A stretch of DNA of 64,000 nt from a virus. Shown here piece by piece: positions 1-9,368 of the stretch. The stretch spans positions 8,060 to 72,059 of the IMG/VR virus record IMGVR_UViG_3300028045_000010, one strand, 5' to 3'. Every line of letters begins with the position of its first letter. Positions within the stretch are counted from its first letter, which is position 1. Under the pieces are notes generated by a model that made no database searches, was not told the DNA's origin, and was given only the letters and a program-made list of their open reading frames with translations. A program made the position numbers and the translations under genes.

Positions 1-2400
1 GAGGGGAGAGTTAAAATAAACAGAGCTATAAGCGACCTTTTAAGTGGTAGTTCAATAACTCAAGGAGGAACAAACATCAATACCGTTTCTGGCACTACTC
101 TGTTAGTCCCTTTGTATACTATAAATCTAGATGATGATATTTCTCTAAATTCTGTTTCTTCAACTACATTAAGTGGTGGAACACTATATTCTGGTTCAAC
201 TGATTTATCTAGTATATTTCTCACAACAGCAGACGGCAACGATATTACAAGATTATCAGGTGGCACAAATATATCAACTGGTGGCACTGTAAACAATCCT
301 ATTATTAACCTTGATGATGACATTTCATTAAATTCTGTTTCTGCAACGACGCTAAGTGGCGGAACTATATATTCAGGAGGGACAGACCTTTATAATATTT
401 TCTCAACTAGTGGTGGTGGTGGTGGTGGACTTTGGTCTGCCAGTACGGGTACCGATGCTATAATTATGCTTAATGGCGGTAGTATAGCTTCAGGAGTATT
501 AGCTGTTGCCGAAGGAACTAACACAACTGCAAGTGGAGATTATTCTCATGCTGAAGGGCTTAATACAACTGCAACAGGTTCAACAGCACATGCTGAAGGA
601 ACTAACACAACTGCAAGTGGAGATTATTCTCATGCTGAGGGGAGCAGTTCAACTGCTAGTGGATTCGCTTCTCATGCTGAAGGAAGGACTACAGTTGCAA
701 GTGGATTTTATTCTCATTCAGAAGGTGGTACTACAGTTGCAAGTGGAGATTATTCTCATGCTGAGGGAAATGACGCATTAGCTTCTGGCGGCACATCTCA
801 CGCTGAAGGAAGTGGTACAGTTGCAGGTGGAGACGCTTCTCATGCAGAAGGAAAAAGTACAGAAACAATCGGACTCGCTTCTCATGCAGAGGGAGAAAAT
901 ACAATTGCAAAAGGAACGCATTCTCATGCTGAAGGGGTTGACACTAATGCATTTGGAAGCGCCTCCCACGCTGAAGGGAATACGACATCTGCAGATGGGA
1001 ACGACTCCCATGCCGAAGGGCTTGAAACAACTGCAAGTGGAAATCAATCTCATGCTGAAGGTTATAATACAAATGCTAACAAAACTTATTCTCACGCTGA
1101 AGGGAATACGACAACTGCTAGTGGAATCGCTTCTCATGCAGAGGGTACTAGTACAATTGCTAGTGGAGCAAATGCTCATGCAGAAGGGCTTGAAACAACT
1201 GCAATTGGAGCAAATGCTCATGCTGAGGGGGAAACCACAAATGCAAGTGGAGACTCTTCTCATGCTGAAGGGCTTAATACAACTGCAATTGGATTTCCTT
1301 CTCATGCAGAGGGGAAAAACACAAATGCAAGTGGAGACGCTTCTCATGCTGAGGGAAGTGGCACATTAGCTTCTGGCACTACATCTCACGCTGAAGGAAG
1401 TGGTACAGTTGCAGGCGGAACATACTCTCACGCTGAGGGAAGTGGCACATTAGCTTCTGGCAGTACATCTCACGCTGAAGGGCTTAATACAACTGCAGTT
1501 GGAGCAAATGCTCATGCTGAGGGAAGTGGCACATTAGCTTCTGGCAGTACATCTCACGCTGAAGGGCTTAATACAATTGCTAGTGGAGCAAATGCTCATG
1601 CAGAAGGGCGCAGTTCAACTGCTAGTGGAGGAGCTTCTCATGCAGAGGGGAGTGGTGTGGCAAGTGGAGCAAATGCTCATGCTGAGGGGAGCAACACACT
1701 TGCAAGTGGACAGCATTCTCATGCTGAAGGAAGGAGTACAGTTGCAAGTGGATATTATTCTCATGCTGGTGGTAATAGTACAATTGCAAGCGGAGTGTGT
1801 TCTCATGCTGGTGGTAGTGGCTCAACAGTAAGTGGTGAATCATCATTTATACATTCTACAAATTCATTAGTAACGGGTGATAGGAGTGCTGTTTTAGGAG
1901 GTCAAAACATAACTGGAGCTACTGATGACACAGTTTATGTGCCAAATTTGTTTTCCGTTGGAAAAATGACTGGGACTTACAATTATGTAACAGTAGACAA
2001 TTCTATAAGTAGAGAGATAGTTTTAGATGAATCTGTATATCCTAGTAATACTTTGTTCTATATTGATTTGTCAAATGCTACAAATAATATAACATTTCTT
2101 TATGATGGAGTCTTAAAGCCACTAACTTTTGGTACAGAATATGTTTTTGTTATAGGAAGTAGTGTTGGCTCAGGAGCTGAACTTTTCTTTGATGTATCTA
2201 ATGGTGAAAATCCATATTATGGCACTGTTACAGCTAGTGACGGCACTAAGGCTATTAGAAATTATAGTACAATAGAATTTAATTATGATGTATCAAATAC
2301 ACATGTAGGAGCAAAAATAACATTACTATCTGTCGCAGAAGAATATATCAGCTCTATTGTAGATACTACAGGGTTGGTAGCAGGTGTTGTACTTGCTTAA
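1..2400 (+). CDS. tail fibre/adhesin-like protein with ~14-aa (ASGxxSHAEG) beta-roll repeats; 5' end truncated by the window
   Basis: Frame is open from base 1 (EGRVKINRAISD...), upstream of the called TTG at 112. About 30 tandem T(T/A)ASGxxSHAEG repeats resembling YadA-head/Hep_Hag. Confidence 0.8.
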   Translation, partial: EGRVKINRAISDLLSGSSITQGGTNINTVSGTTLLVPLYTINLDDDISLNSVSSTTLSGGTLYSGSTDLSSIFLTTADGNDITRLSGGTNISTGGTVNNPIINLDDDISLNSVSATTLSGGTIYSGGTDLYNIFSTSGGGGGGLWSASTGTDAIIMLNGGSIASGVLAVAEGTNTTASGDYSHAEGLNTTATGSTAHAEGTNTTASGDYSHAEGSSSTASGFASHAEGRTTVASGFYSHSEGGTTVASGDYSHAEGNDALASGGTSHAEGSGTVAGGDASHAEGKSTETIGLASHAEGENTIAKGTHSHAEGVDTNAFGSASHAEGNTTSADGNDSHAEGLETTASGNQSHAEGYNTNANKTYSHAEGNTTTASGIASHAEGTSTIASGANAHAEGLETTAIGANAHAEGETTNASGDSSHAEGLNTTAIGFPSHAEGKNTNASGDASHAEGSGTLASGTTSHAEGSGTVAGGTYSHAEGSGTLASGSTSHAEGLNTTAVGANAHAEGSGTLASGSTSHAEGLNTIASGANAHAEGRSSTASGGASHAEGSGVASGANAHAEGSNTLASGQHSHAEGRSTVASGYYSHAGGNSTIASGVCSHAGGSGSTVSGESSFIHSTNSLVTGDRSAVLGGQNITGATDDTVYVPNLFSVGKMTGTYNYVTVDNSISREIVLDESVYPSNTLFYIDLSNATNNITFLYDGVLKPLTFGTEYVFVIGSSVGSGAELFFDVSNGENPYYGTVTASDGTKAIRNYSTIEFNYDVSNTHVGAKITLLSVAEEYISSIVDTTGLVAGVVLA

Positions 2401-2402
2401 AA

Positions 2403-4343
2403 TTACTCTCGAATAATTTTTAGGTCTCTTACTTCTTTGTATGAAATATCTTTATCTTCAAGGTATTTCATTACTTTCTTTTTCTGTCTATCTGATGCAA
2501 GTTTATTACACACTCCTTTTAATTGTTCAAACTCTAGCCCAGATTGGTTAATATTAAATCCAATCATAAATTCTTTTATTTCATCCAAACCTCTTTCGTC
2601 GCTTTTGTCGTAAATCATCATTAAAATATATCTTCCTTTACTTATTCTCGTTATGTATGAGCCTGCACAATTTTTTAAATCTTTTGCAGCATTTAAAACC
2701 ATTTTTGGAGTTGATAATAGTTTAATTTTTAAATTACCATCATATTCTTCTAGGTATTTAAATTTCTTTGCAAATTTTTTAAATTTTTCATTTTTTTCTT
2801 CATCACTTAACATATTATAATGTTCAACTATTTTATCATGATAAGAATTAATTTCGGATATTGTTTTTATTTTATTAAACTCTTTATTTCTATCCCAATT
2901 TAATCCATTAATCATCCTTATTGAATCATCATAATTATAAAAGCTAAATTGTTCTAAAAAAGAATAGTTTAATTTAACATCATCTAACTTTATTGATTTA
3001 TCTTCTAGGATTGCTGGACTTGAATCTTCTAGCGCATCTATTCCAGCCAACTCTTTCATTCTGCTTAAAGAATAAGATTCTTGAGATATGTTATGTTTTC
3101 TATTTACTAAAAAGTCTAATGTAAGAGGTATTATTTGCCTTAGACTTATCGTATTAATGTCATCTCTAAATTCTATTAATTTAAAAAGAGATATAATATA
3201 CTGTATATCATACTTCATCACTAGACTTATAAGCTCTTCATAAGTTATAAATTTAGTAAATTTTATCAAATTTTTATAGTCATCAAATTTTTCAATTTTA
3301 TTAAATATAAATTTTGATACAGATTTGTTTTTCAAATCTTCTCTAACATTAATTTTACCATCAGATATACTTACCTTACTATCTCCTTTAAATCCCCACC
3401 TTTTTAAGTCATAGAATATGCTTTTAGATTTTCCGTCCTTAGATTTATATATAAACTTTTCATCTTCTAGTGTTTCTGAATCTATTTCTTTTTGTATAAC
3501 TTCATTTTCTAATGAAACTAAAAAATTAAATATATTAATTGGTGATGTTACATTTTCATCTGACAAAACGGATACATTAGGTAATTTACAGCTATACATC
3601 ATATCATATAAAAAAACTGTACCCTTAGTTAATGCTATAGTGGATAGGTTTGAATAGCAAATTATACCAAAAAATATTGTATTTATTTTCATCATAATAT
3701 CCAACCCAGGCTTTCCTATCATTTGACTCATTAAACTTTCTACAATATCCATATTTTTAGAATCAACAACTAGACCAGCTAAATTATTTAAAAAATAATG
3801 TATTTCAACAAGATTATCTAGAACTGACAATTCTTCAGAGTTATAAAACTTTTCTAATATAAACAATAATTCATCTAAATTAAATTCTACTTTTTTGCTT
3901 TTTTCATATGATTTGTAAAAAATAGTTTTTTCTTTTTTGTTAATTGAAATATAAGATTCTAATTCTTTAAAGTTTACATATCTTGACTTCAAGGTGCAAG
4001 ATGATTTTATTTTTTTCTTATATAAAATTAACTCATCATCGTTATTATAACATTTAAAATATCCATAAAAATAAGAGTTTGATTCTTTAATTTTTTTTAG
4101 ATTCTTAGATTTAGAATAATTTATTTTACACTTTGGGCATATAACATTTATTGTAGAATCAAATTTATTCATTATATCCTCATCTAAATCTTCATCTAAT
4201 TCAATAGTTATTTCATCCTTTTTAGCTTTATTGTTTTCTTTAGTTATTTTTTTACCACAAGAACAGAAGTAAACTTCGTCTTCACCTTCTAAGTGATGAA
4301 AGCAAAAATGTTTTTTAATTTCTTTTAAATCTATATCAATCAT
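2403..4343 (-). CDS. PcfJ-domain-like protein with N-terminal Cys/His Zn sites
   Basis: C-terminal AAKDLKNCAGSY...QLKGVCN resembles the PcfJ motif; CFHH, CSCG and CPKC near the N-terminus. Confidence 0.55.
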   Translation of the reverse strand: MIDIDLKEIKKHFCFHHLEGEDEVYFCSCGKKITKENNKAKKDEITIELDEDLDEDIMNKFDSTINVICPKCKINYSKSKNLKKIKESNSYFYGYFKCYNNDDELILYKKKIKSSCTLKSRYVNFKELESYISINKKEKTIFYKSYEKSKKVEFNLDELLFILEKFYNSEELSVLDNLVEIHYFLNNLAGLVVDSKNMDIVESLMSQMIGKPGLDIMMKINTIFFGIICYSNLSTIALTKGTVFLYDMMYSCKLPNVSVLSDENVTSPINIFNFLVSLENEVIQKEIDSETLEDEKFIYKSKDGKSKSIFYDLKRWGFKGDSKVSISDGKINVREDLKNKSVSKFIFNKIEKFDDYKNLIKFTKFITYEELISLVMKYDIQYIISLFKLIEFRDDINTISLRQIIPLTLDFLVNRKHNISQESYSLSRMKELAGIDALEDSSPAILEDKSIKLDDVKLNYSFLEQFSFYNYDDSIRMINGLNWDRNKEFNKIKTISEINSYHDKIVEHYNMLSDEEKNEKFKKFAKKFKYLEEYDGNLKIKLLSTPKMVLNAAKDLKNCAGSYITRISKGRYILMMIYDKSDERGLDEIKEFMIGFNINQSGLEFEQLKGVCNKLASDRQKKKVMKYLEDKDISYKEVRDLKIIRE

Positions 4344-4497
4344 ATTTTAAATATTTTTCTATTATAACTTTTTTTCTATATACTTTTTTTTCTCTTTTAA
4401 TTTTAAGCATCCACAAATACTCCATTTCTCTTGATTGAATCAGTTCAATATTTGATTCAATCTTTGAATAATTATGATATAATTCTTTATTATCCAT
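4336..4497 (-). CDS. 53-aa small protein carrying the YKRxLLIE-like motif (VYRKKVIIEKY)
   Basis: Translated by hand (MDNKELYH...KKVYRKKVIIEKYLKYD); fills the gap between the flanking genes and overlaps the next start. Confidence 0.6.
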   Translation of the reverse strand: MDNKELYHNYSKIESNIELIQSREMEYLWMLKIKREKKVYRKKVIIEKYLKYD

Positions 4498-4500
4498 AAA

Positions 4501-5028
4501 TCACTTTAATCTATCTTTGGGAAATTTACTTCCAAATATAGCTTTAATCTTTTTTCTTTTACAGAATACGTCTACTTTTATTTTTTCTGAGTAATTTTTA
4601 GGGTCTTGACTTAGTGTCATTATTTCTCCTAAATTTATTTTTTCCATCAATGAAGAATTTCCAGAACGACATATTTCTATAATTTTTTTCTGGTCGTGTA
4701 TAGAGTTGCAAAGTTTAATCCACCCCATGTCAGCAGCTATATCTATATGTTGCAATGTATGACAAGATTTACATAATAGAACTATTTTATAAGAATCTAC
4801 ATTTTGCACATCACCAGAAACAACATGAATCTCTAAAAACTCTTTATCAAAAGGTCTTATTCTACATCCTTGACATGTATAGTTTTCCTCTTTCATAATA
4901 AAATCTTTTAATTCCTTCCAAGATTCATTACCAAGATAGTTTCTATATATTTTGTCTGGTTCGGATGTTTCTAAATTTAATTCAAAGTTCTTATCTATTA
5001 TAGATAATATGTTTTTATTTTTCAGCAA
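4501..5028 (-). CDS. HNH-like endonuclease-family protein
   Basis: CQGC...EIH...LLCKSCHTLQH Zn/HNH pattern. Confidence 0.65.
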   Translation of the reverse strand: MLKNKNILSIIDKNFELNLETSEPDKIYRNYLGNESWKELKDFIMKEENYTCQGCRIRPFDKEFLEIHVVSGDVQNVDSYKIVLLCKSCHTLQHIDIAADMGWIKLCNSIHDQKKIIEICRSGNSSLMEKINLGEIMTLSQDPKNYSEKIKVDVFCKRKKIKAIFGSKFPKDRLK

Positions 5029-5587
5029 ATCCTATTTTTATCTTATTGTCTATAGCCATTATATAACAGTTTTTATTTTCTTCAGATTTGTAAGTGTAAA
5101 AATTTGTGGATTTTGATTTTGATTTTTCTAAATTTTCCACATAATACTCTCCAATGTTTTCATCCTTTATGTTTGATTCAAATTTTTTTCTAGTTATTTT
5201 ATTTAACTTATCACTATCTTTAAGGTGTTTAAAATATATTTCATTATCTTTTTCTTCATTATTTAATTTTGAATTATAATCAAATTTATTAATGAAAAAT
5301 TTAGATAAATATTCTTGATTGTTTTCTAATATTTTCATAAATAAATTTATAACTTCATCTTTTGAAATATCACTAGATATCCATTCTATATTTATTTTAA
5401 TAAATTCTTTATAAATTTTATTATTATTTATAATTCCTTTTAAAAATTTTTCATCGAATGAAATTCCATTTTCATGAAAATAAATTCTAAATAAATCTAA
5501 TCCATTATCATTCCTAACAGTATAATGCCCTATGAGGTCTCCCAAATCTTTCATATCATGTTTTTTTTTAGTATAGCAAATGTACAA
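5015..5587 (-). CDS. hypothetical protein (true start possibly MKDLG, ~5554)
   Basis: Long ORF in an operon; a TATTTG promoter-like motif overlaps the annotated start. Confidence 0.6.
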   Translation of the reverse strand: MYICYTKKKHDMKDLGDLIGHYTVRNDNGLDLFRIYFHENGISFDEKFLKGIINNNKIYKEFIKINIEWISSDISKDEVINLFMKILENNQEYLSKFFINKFDYNSKLNNEEKDNEIYFKHLKDSDKLNKITRKKFESNIKDENIGEYYVENLEKSKSKSTNFYTYKSEENKNCYIMAIDNKIKIGFAEK

Positions 5588-5698
5588 ATATTTTGTTTTA
5601 GAACAAAATTAAAAACCTTATTTAAAAAAGTCAATTTTTGTTTTTTTTTTCTATTTATATGTATCAGAAGAAAATATATTAATTAAATATTTAATAAA

Positions 5699-6733
5699 AT
5701 GAAAATTACTAAAGACGAGCTTGTTAACATGATTAAGGAAGAAGCTTCAAAATTGAAACAAAAAACCATACAAGAAGCAGAAGCGATAAGTGCTTCAGTT
5801 AACGTATATGATGTTGACATGAATTCGAATGATGAATTAGGAGATTCAGATAAAGCGCTAGCATATAAAGACCCATCTAAAAAGATAGAAAAATCAGGTG
5901 AATCTGCAAAGATGCCAAAAATGAACCAAAAAGATAATGACCAAGGTTCTGATAAAAAAGCTGCTGTTGCAGTTAAGGTTGATGCTGGTTCTAAAAAGGG
6001 TGGCTCAAGCCACACTGCTGGTCAGGCTAAAGCTAATTTTACTTCTAAGAAAGATGTTCAATCAACAAAGGCTTCTGGGCCATTTGATGATAGAGTTAAT
6101 GATTTAAAAATGAACTCTGAAGATAAGGTTGTAGATAAAGAAGTTAAGACTTACGTTTCTGCTGGAGCTGAAAAGTCTGGTCACTCTCACACTGCTGGTC
6201 AAGCCAAAGCTGAGGTTCATGAAAGAATGCCAGAAAAAGATGCTGAAGAGCCAACTGATAGAATCGCTGCTGGAATAGAAATTGATGGAACTAATGTAGA
6301 TTTAAAAGAGTCTTATACTAAATCTGGATTAAAGTCTTTTATATTATCAGAAGCTAAAAAAGCTGCTAAAAACTATTCTGAAAATCAAATTAAAGATGCT
6401 AAAAAATTAGAGCTAGAAAAAGAACTCTCTTTGGTTATGGAAAGCTTAGAAGAGTGTGGCGTATCAATGGAAGAAGGCATTTTTGGAGCTAGCAAAAAAG
6501 AGAAAGAGGAAATGAAAAAAACTCTTGAAATAGAGATTGATAAACTTCTTGCAGCAAATCCAAATATAGGCAATGAATGGAAAGGTATAATCATGAAGCA
6601 AGCAGAAGATTCTGGATATGCAGGTGAAGTTAAGCCTCACGAAACATCTAAAGGTAAGTATGCGGGACAAAAAATTCTTCACTGGACCAAGTCAGCTACT
6701 TCTGCTGGTGGTTTCAATACTCCAAGATATTGA
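5699..6733 (+). CDS. putative head-internal/scaffold-like protein with MKITxxEL..IKEEA leader
   Basis: Charged protein; leader shared with 7239 and 19316; internal repeat xAGxxKxGxSHTAGQAKA. Confidence 0.6.
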   Translation: MKITKDELVNMIKEEASKLKQKTIQEAEAISASVNVYDVDMNSNDELGDSDKALAYKDPSKKIEKSGESAKMPKMNQKDNDQGSDKKAAVAVKVDAGSKKGGSSHTAGQAKANFTSKKDVQSTKASGPFDDRVNDLKMNSEDKVVDKEVKTYVSAGAEKSGHSHTAGQAKAEVHERMPEKDAEEPTDRIAAGIEIDGTNVDLKESYTKSGLKSFILSEAKKAAKNYSENQIKDAKKLELEKELSLVMESLEECGVSMEEGIFGASKKEKEEMKKTLEIEIDKLLAANPNIGNEWKGIIMKQAEDSGYAGEVKPHETSKGKYAGQKILHWTKSATSAGGFNTPRY

Positions 6734-6748
6734 TTTAACATAAACACA

Positions 6749-6790
6749 TAAATAAAAAAAGCGACTCAATAGGTCGCTTTTTTTATTTAT
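6749..6790. terminator. bidirectional intrinsic terminator
   Basis: taaataaaaaaagcgac-tcaatag-gtcgctttttttattta between convergent genes. Confidence 0.8.
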
Positions 6791-6799
6791 TTATAATTT

Positions 6800-7102
6800 T
6801 TATTTAGATTTTATATCTTCAATACTTTTATAAACACTTTCCATAAACCAATAACTATTTGTGTGAAATTTTAAATAATTATAAGAGAGTATTGTTTGTT
6901 GAATAAACACTAATAGTATTAGTCCAAAAAGAATGGGAGGAATTATTCCTAAAAGCGGAAGGAAAAATGTATATAATGTAATTGCAAGAAAAAATATTAA
7001 ACTAATTATAGAGAATTTTAGTTTACTTTTATATTTTAGAACTAAATTTATTTTGTCTTGTCTTTGTTCTTTTTTTAATTGTATAGTTTTTAAATTTTCC
7101 AT
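6800..7102 (-). CDS. small two-TM membrane protein
   Basis: Two hydrophobic segments; similar layout and C-terminus to 8092..8475. Confidence 0.65.
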   Translation of the reverse strand: MENLKTIQLKKEQRQDKINLVLKYKSKLKFSIISLIFFLAITLYTFFLPLLGIIPPILFGLILLVFIQQTILSYNYLKFHTNSYWFMESVYKSIEDIKSK

Positions 7103-7238
7103 AATAATATTAATTTAATTTATATGTTATTTTAATAAATATATATATTAAACGAATATTAAACAAAAACATTACATAATAATGAAAATAATTTTTTTAT
7201 AACTATTTAATATTATAAAACATTAAAAATTCATAGAA

Positions 7239-8027
7239 ATGAAAATTACAACATCTGAATTAAAACAAATAATAAAAGAAGAAGCTGAAAGGTTTGCTAA
7301 AATAAAAACTTTATCAATAGAAAAAAATAAAATAGAAAATCAAATCAATGAAATGTACAATGAAGATGTTGATGAAAATGAATCTGTTGAAGAATCTGTT
7401 GAAGAATCTGTTGAAGAATCTATGGAAGAAGGAATTGAAGGTATGGAGCTAACAGAGCCAGTATCAGTAGAAAGTGGTGAAGAAAGTGGTGAAGATAATG
7501 TAGATGAATCTAATAGTATAGAAGAAGGTCAGATTACTGACACTATTAAGGATTGGTTTAGCAAAGAAGGAACTAATGTAGAAGATGCGTTAAAAAAATT
7601 ACAAGAACATGTAATTAAAATGATAGAATCTCATGACATGCCAAATGAAGCAAAAGAGAAATTGAAAAAGGGAGCTGAAGGATTGGCTAAGAAATTATAT
7701 GACAAGGCTTCTGGTGCAATTTATGACTATGAACCATACATTCATTATTATCCAGCTAAGAAAGCTGAGGGGAGCCGAAAAGGTAGAGAAGAGCAGTGGC
7801 AATTTCGAGTTAGGAAAGCAGAGCCAAAAAGTCCTTGGTTAAAAGCTTTACAAATTATGGTTGGTGCAGCCTCAGACGACCTTAAAGGTAGGGGTTTGAA
7901 TTACGCAGAAGGTGTAGAAGAAGGAAATATTCAAGAGGCCGTTAAGTCAGAAGTTAAAAAAGCAATTAAAGCTGAAAAACTTAAAAGCAGAGCTCAAGAA
8001 ATTATAAAAGAAATGAAATCTTTATAG
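7239..8027 (+). CDS. putative head-internal acidic protein with MKITxxEL..IKEEA leader
   Basis: Leader matches 5699; EESV repeats. Confidence 0.6.
   Translation: MKITTSELKQIIKEEAERFAKIKTLSIEKNKIENQINEMYNEDVDENESVEESVEESVEESMEEGIEGMELTEPVSVESGEESGEDNVDESNSIEEGQITDTIKDWFSKEGTNVEDALKKLQEHVIKMIESHDMPNEAKEKLKKGAEGLAKKLYDKASGAIYDYEPYIHYYPAKKAEGSRKGREEQWQFRVRKAEPKSPWLKALQIMVGAASDDLKGRGLNYAEGVEEGNIQEAVKSEVKKAIKAEKLKSRAQEIIKEMKSL
7381..7421 (+). repeat. 12-bp tandem repeat (gaagaatctgtt) encoding EESV
   Basis: About 3.5 copies visible in the sequence. Confidence 0.8.
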
Positions 8028-8040
8028 TACAATCTAAATT

Positions 8041-8085
8041 ATAAATAAAAAAGCCCAAATTAATAGTTTGGGCTTTTTTATTTAT
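8041..8085. terminator. bidirectional intrinsic terminator
   Basis: ataaataaaaaagcccaaa-ttaatag-tttgggcttttttatttat. Confidence 0.8.
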
Positions 8086-8091
8086 AATTAA

Positions 8092-8475
8092 TTAATCATA
8101 TTTTTCAATATCTTTTTCCATACTATTAAAAGTTATATTTGAAATAATTTGCATCTTTTTTTGTATAAAAACTCCTCTACACCATTTTATTGTTAAATAT
8201 ACAAACATTAAAGATATTGGTAATAAAATGTAGAAAGATACATTACATATATTTTCTCCAAAAATATTATGACTAAAGTCTAATGTTGAAGAATAAAGCA
8301 TAAATGAAAAAAACAATAAATTAATAGAAACTTCCTTTAGAATTCTTTTTGCTCTTTTTTCTGAATCTTTAAAAGATGAAATACAATTATCTTTAAATTC
8401 TTTTCTTATTTCTTTTTTATCTTTTTCCATAATATTATATTTTATTGTTATAATAAATAAACGTAAATTATACAA
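8092..8475 (-). CDS. small two-TM membrane protein (probable start MEKDK, ~8430)
   Basis: Two hydrophobic stretches; last gene of the 9693-8092 operon. Confidence 0.6.
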   Translation of the reverse strand: MYNLRLFIITIKYNIMEKDKKEIRKEFKDNCISSFKDSEKRAKRILKEVSINLLFFSFMLYSSTLDFSHNIFGENICNVSFYILLPISLMFVYLTIKWCRGVFIQKKMQIISNITFNSMEKDIEKYD

Positions 8476-8480
8476 AAATA

Positions 8481-8753
8481 TTACAAATCACCGAAAATAT
8501 TTCTCATTTGTTCTGCACTCTCTATCTGTATAGGCTCACTAAGTGGACCTACTGCTCTAGAGATGATTCCTATAGTCGCATTATGAGTTGAAGGGCTTAC
8601 AACTAAATCATAACTTATAACACTAATATCATTTTCTCTAATATAAACTCCAGGACTAATAAATTTTTGTGGTGAATATAGTTCAATTAATAACTTCCTT
8701 TTATATACTGTTGATTGAAATTTTAAATGTTTTATCATATTACTCTTGCTCAT
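8481..8753 (-). CDS. mini-protein: YKRKLLIE motif + N-terminal fragment of a gp18-type tail sheath
   Basis: FISPGVYIREND...GPLSEPIQIESAEQMRNIFG resembles the conserved sheath N-terminus (T4 gp18 LSPGIELKE...WGPAFQIKQVTNEVDLVNTFG). Confidence 0.75.
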   Translation of the reverse strand: MSKSNMIKHLKFQSTVYKRKLLIELYSPQKFISPGVYIRENDISVISYDLVVSPSTHNATIGIISRAVGPLSEPIQIESAEQMRNIFGDL

Positions 8754-8760
8754 GGTTCAA

Positions 8761-9102
8761 TCAAATTTTATCTAGAAAAGAATCTTGAAATCTACGTCCA
8801 CCTCTCCTTCTACTCCTTCTACTCTTAGGTTTTTTATAAGTTTCAATTAATAACACCCTCTTATATAAATCTTCATGATAATGGAGTATACCAGCTGGCA
8901 GTTCCATTGGCTGAACAGAAACTAAATCATTTCCTATAGTATTGGCCATCACTCGTCTTGCTACAGGAAATGTAAATGCTCCAACCTCAATGCAAAAGCT
9001 TTTCTTTTCAATAAGAAGCTCTCTCTTATATATGTTTTCATTTTTTGGATGAACTAATTCATACCACCTAGACAATGCTTTATGTACTGACAAATCACTC
9101 AA
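8761..9102 (-). CDS. mini-protein: gp23-type major capsid fragment (Gol-equivalent region) flanked by two YKRxLLIE motifs, Arg-rich tail
   Basis: AFTFPVARRVMANTIGNDLVSVQPMELPAG resembles T4 gp23 AVMGMVRRAIPNLIAFDICGVQPMNSPTG. Confidence 0.75.
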   Translation of the reverse strand: MSDLSVHKALSRWYELVHPKNENIYKRELLIEKKSFCIEVGAFTFPVARRVMANTIGNDLVSVQPMELPAGILHYHEDLYKRVLLIETYKKPKSRRSRRRGGRRFQDSFLDKI

Positions 9103-9368
9103 TTAATTATTTTTATAAGTCCTGATTTTACACATTTTTCTATATTTTCAAAAGTCATAAAGTTATATCTATGAGAAACTGGTGGGCTGCTTGTAAACCA
9201 GGAATTATAACAACCTTCATTTTCAGGAGGGTTTACATCTTCACTATAGAAATATACCATATTCCTATTGATTTTCCATATGTAGAATTTTTTATTTAAA
9301 ATATTATTATAAATTCCACTAAATGTAATAAATGGAAAATATTCTATTATTAAATTTCTTTTACTCAT
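9099..9368 (-). CDS. mini-protein with N-terminal KRNLIIEY motif; rest unassigned
   Basis: Overlaps both neighbouring ORFs; motif variant at the N-terminus. Confidence 0.6.
   Translation of the reverse strand: MSKRNLIIEYFPFITFSGIYNNILNKKFYIWKINRNMVYFYSEDVNPPENEGCYNSWFTSSPPVSHRYNFMTFENIEKCVKSGLIKIIN

Noticed and set aside
506-1846. Alternative-frame ORFs (LQVEIILMLK etc.) over the fibre gene
   Set aside because: Shadow ORFs produced by the 42-nt repeat of the real gene.
8680-8710. YKRKLLI fits the eukaryotic eIF4E-binding YxxxxL-phi consensus
   Set aside because: All other evidence points to a bacterial host; likely coincidence.
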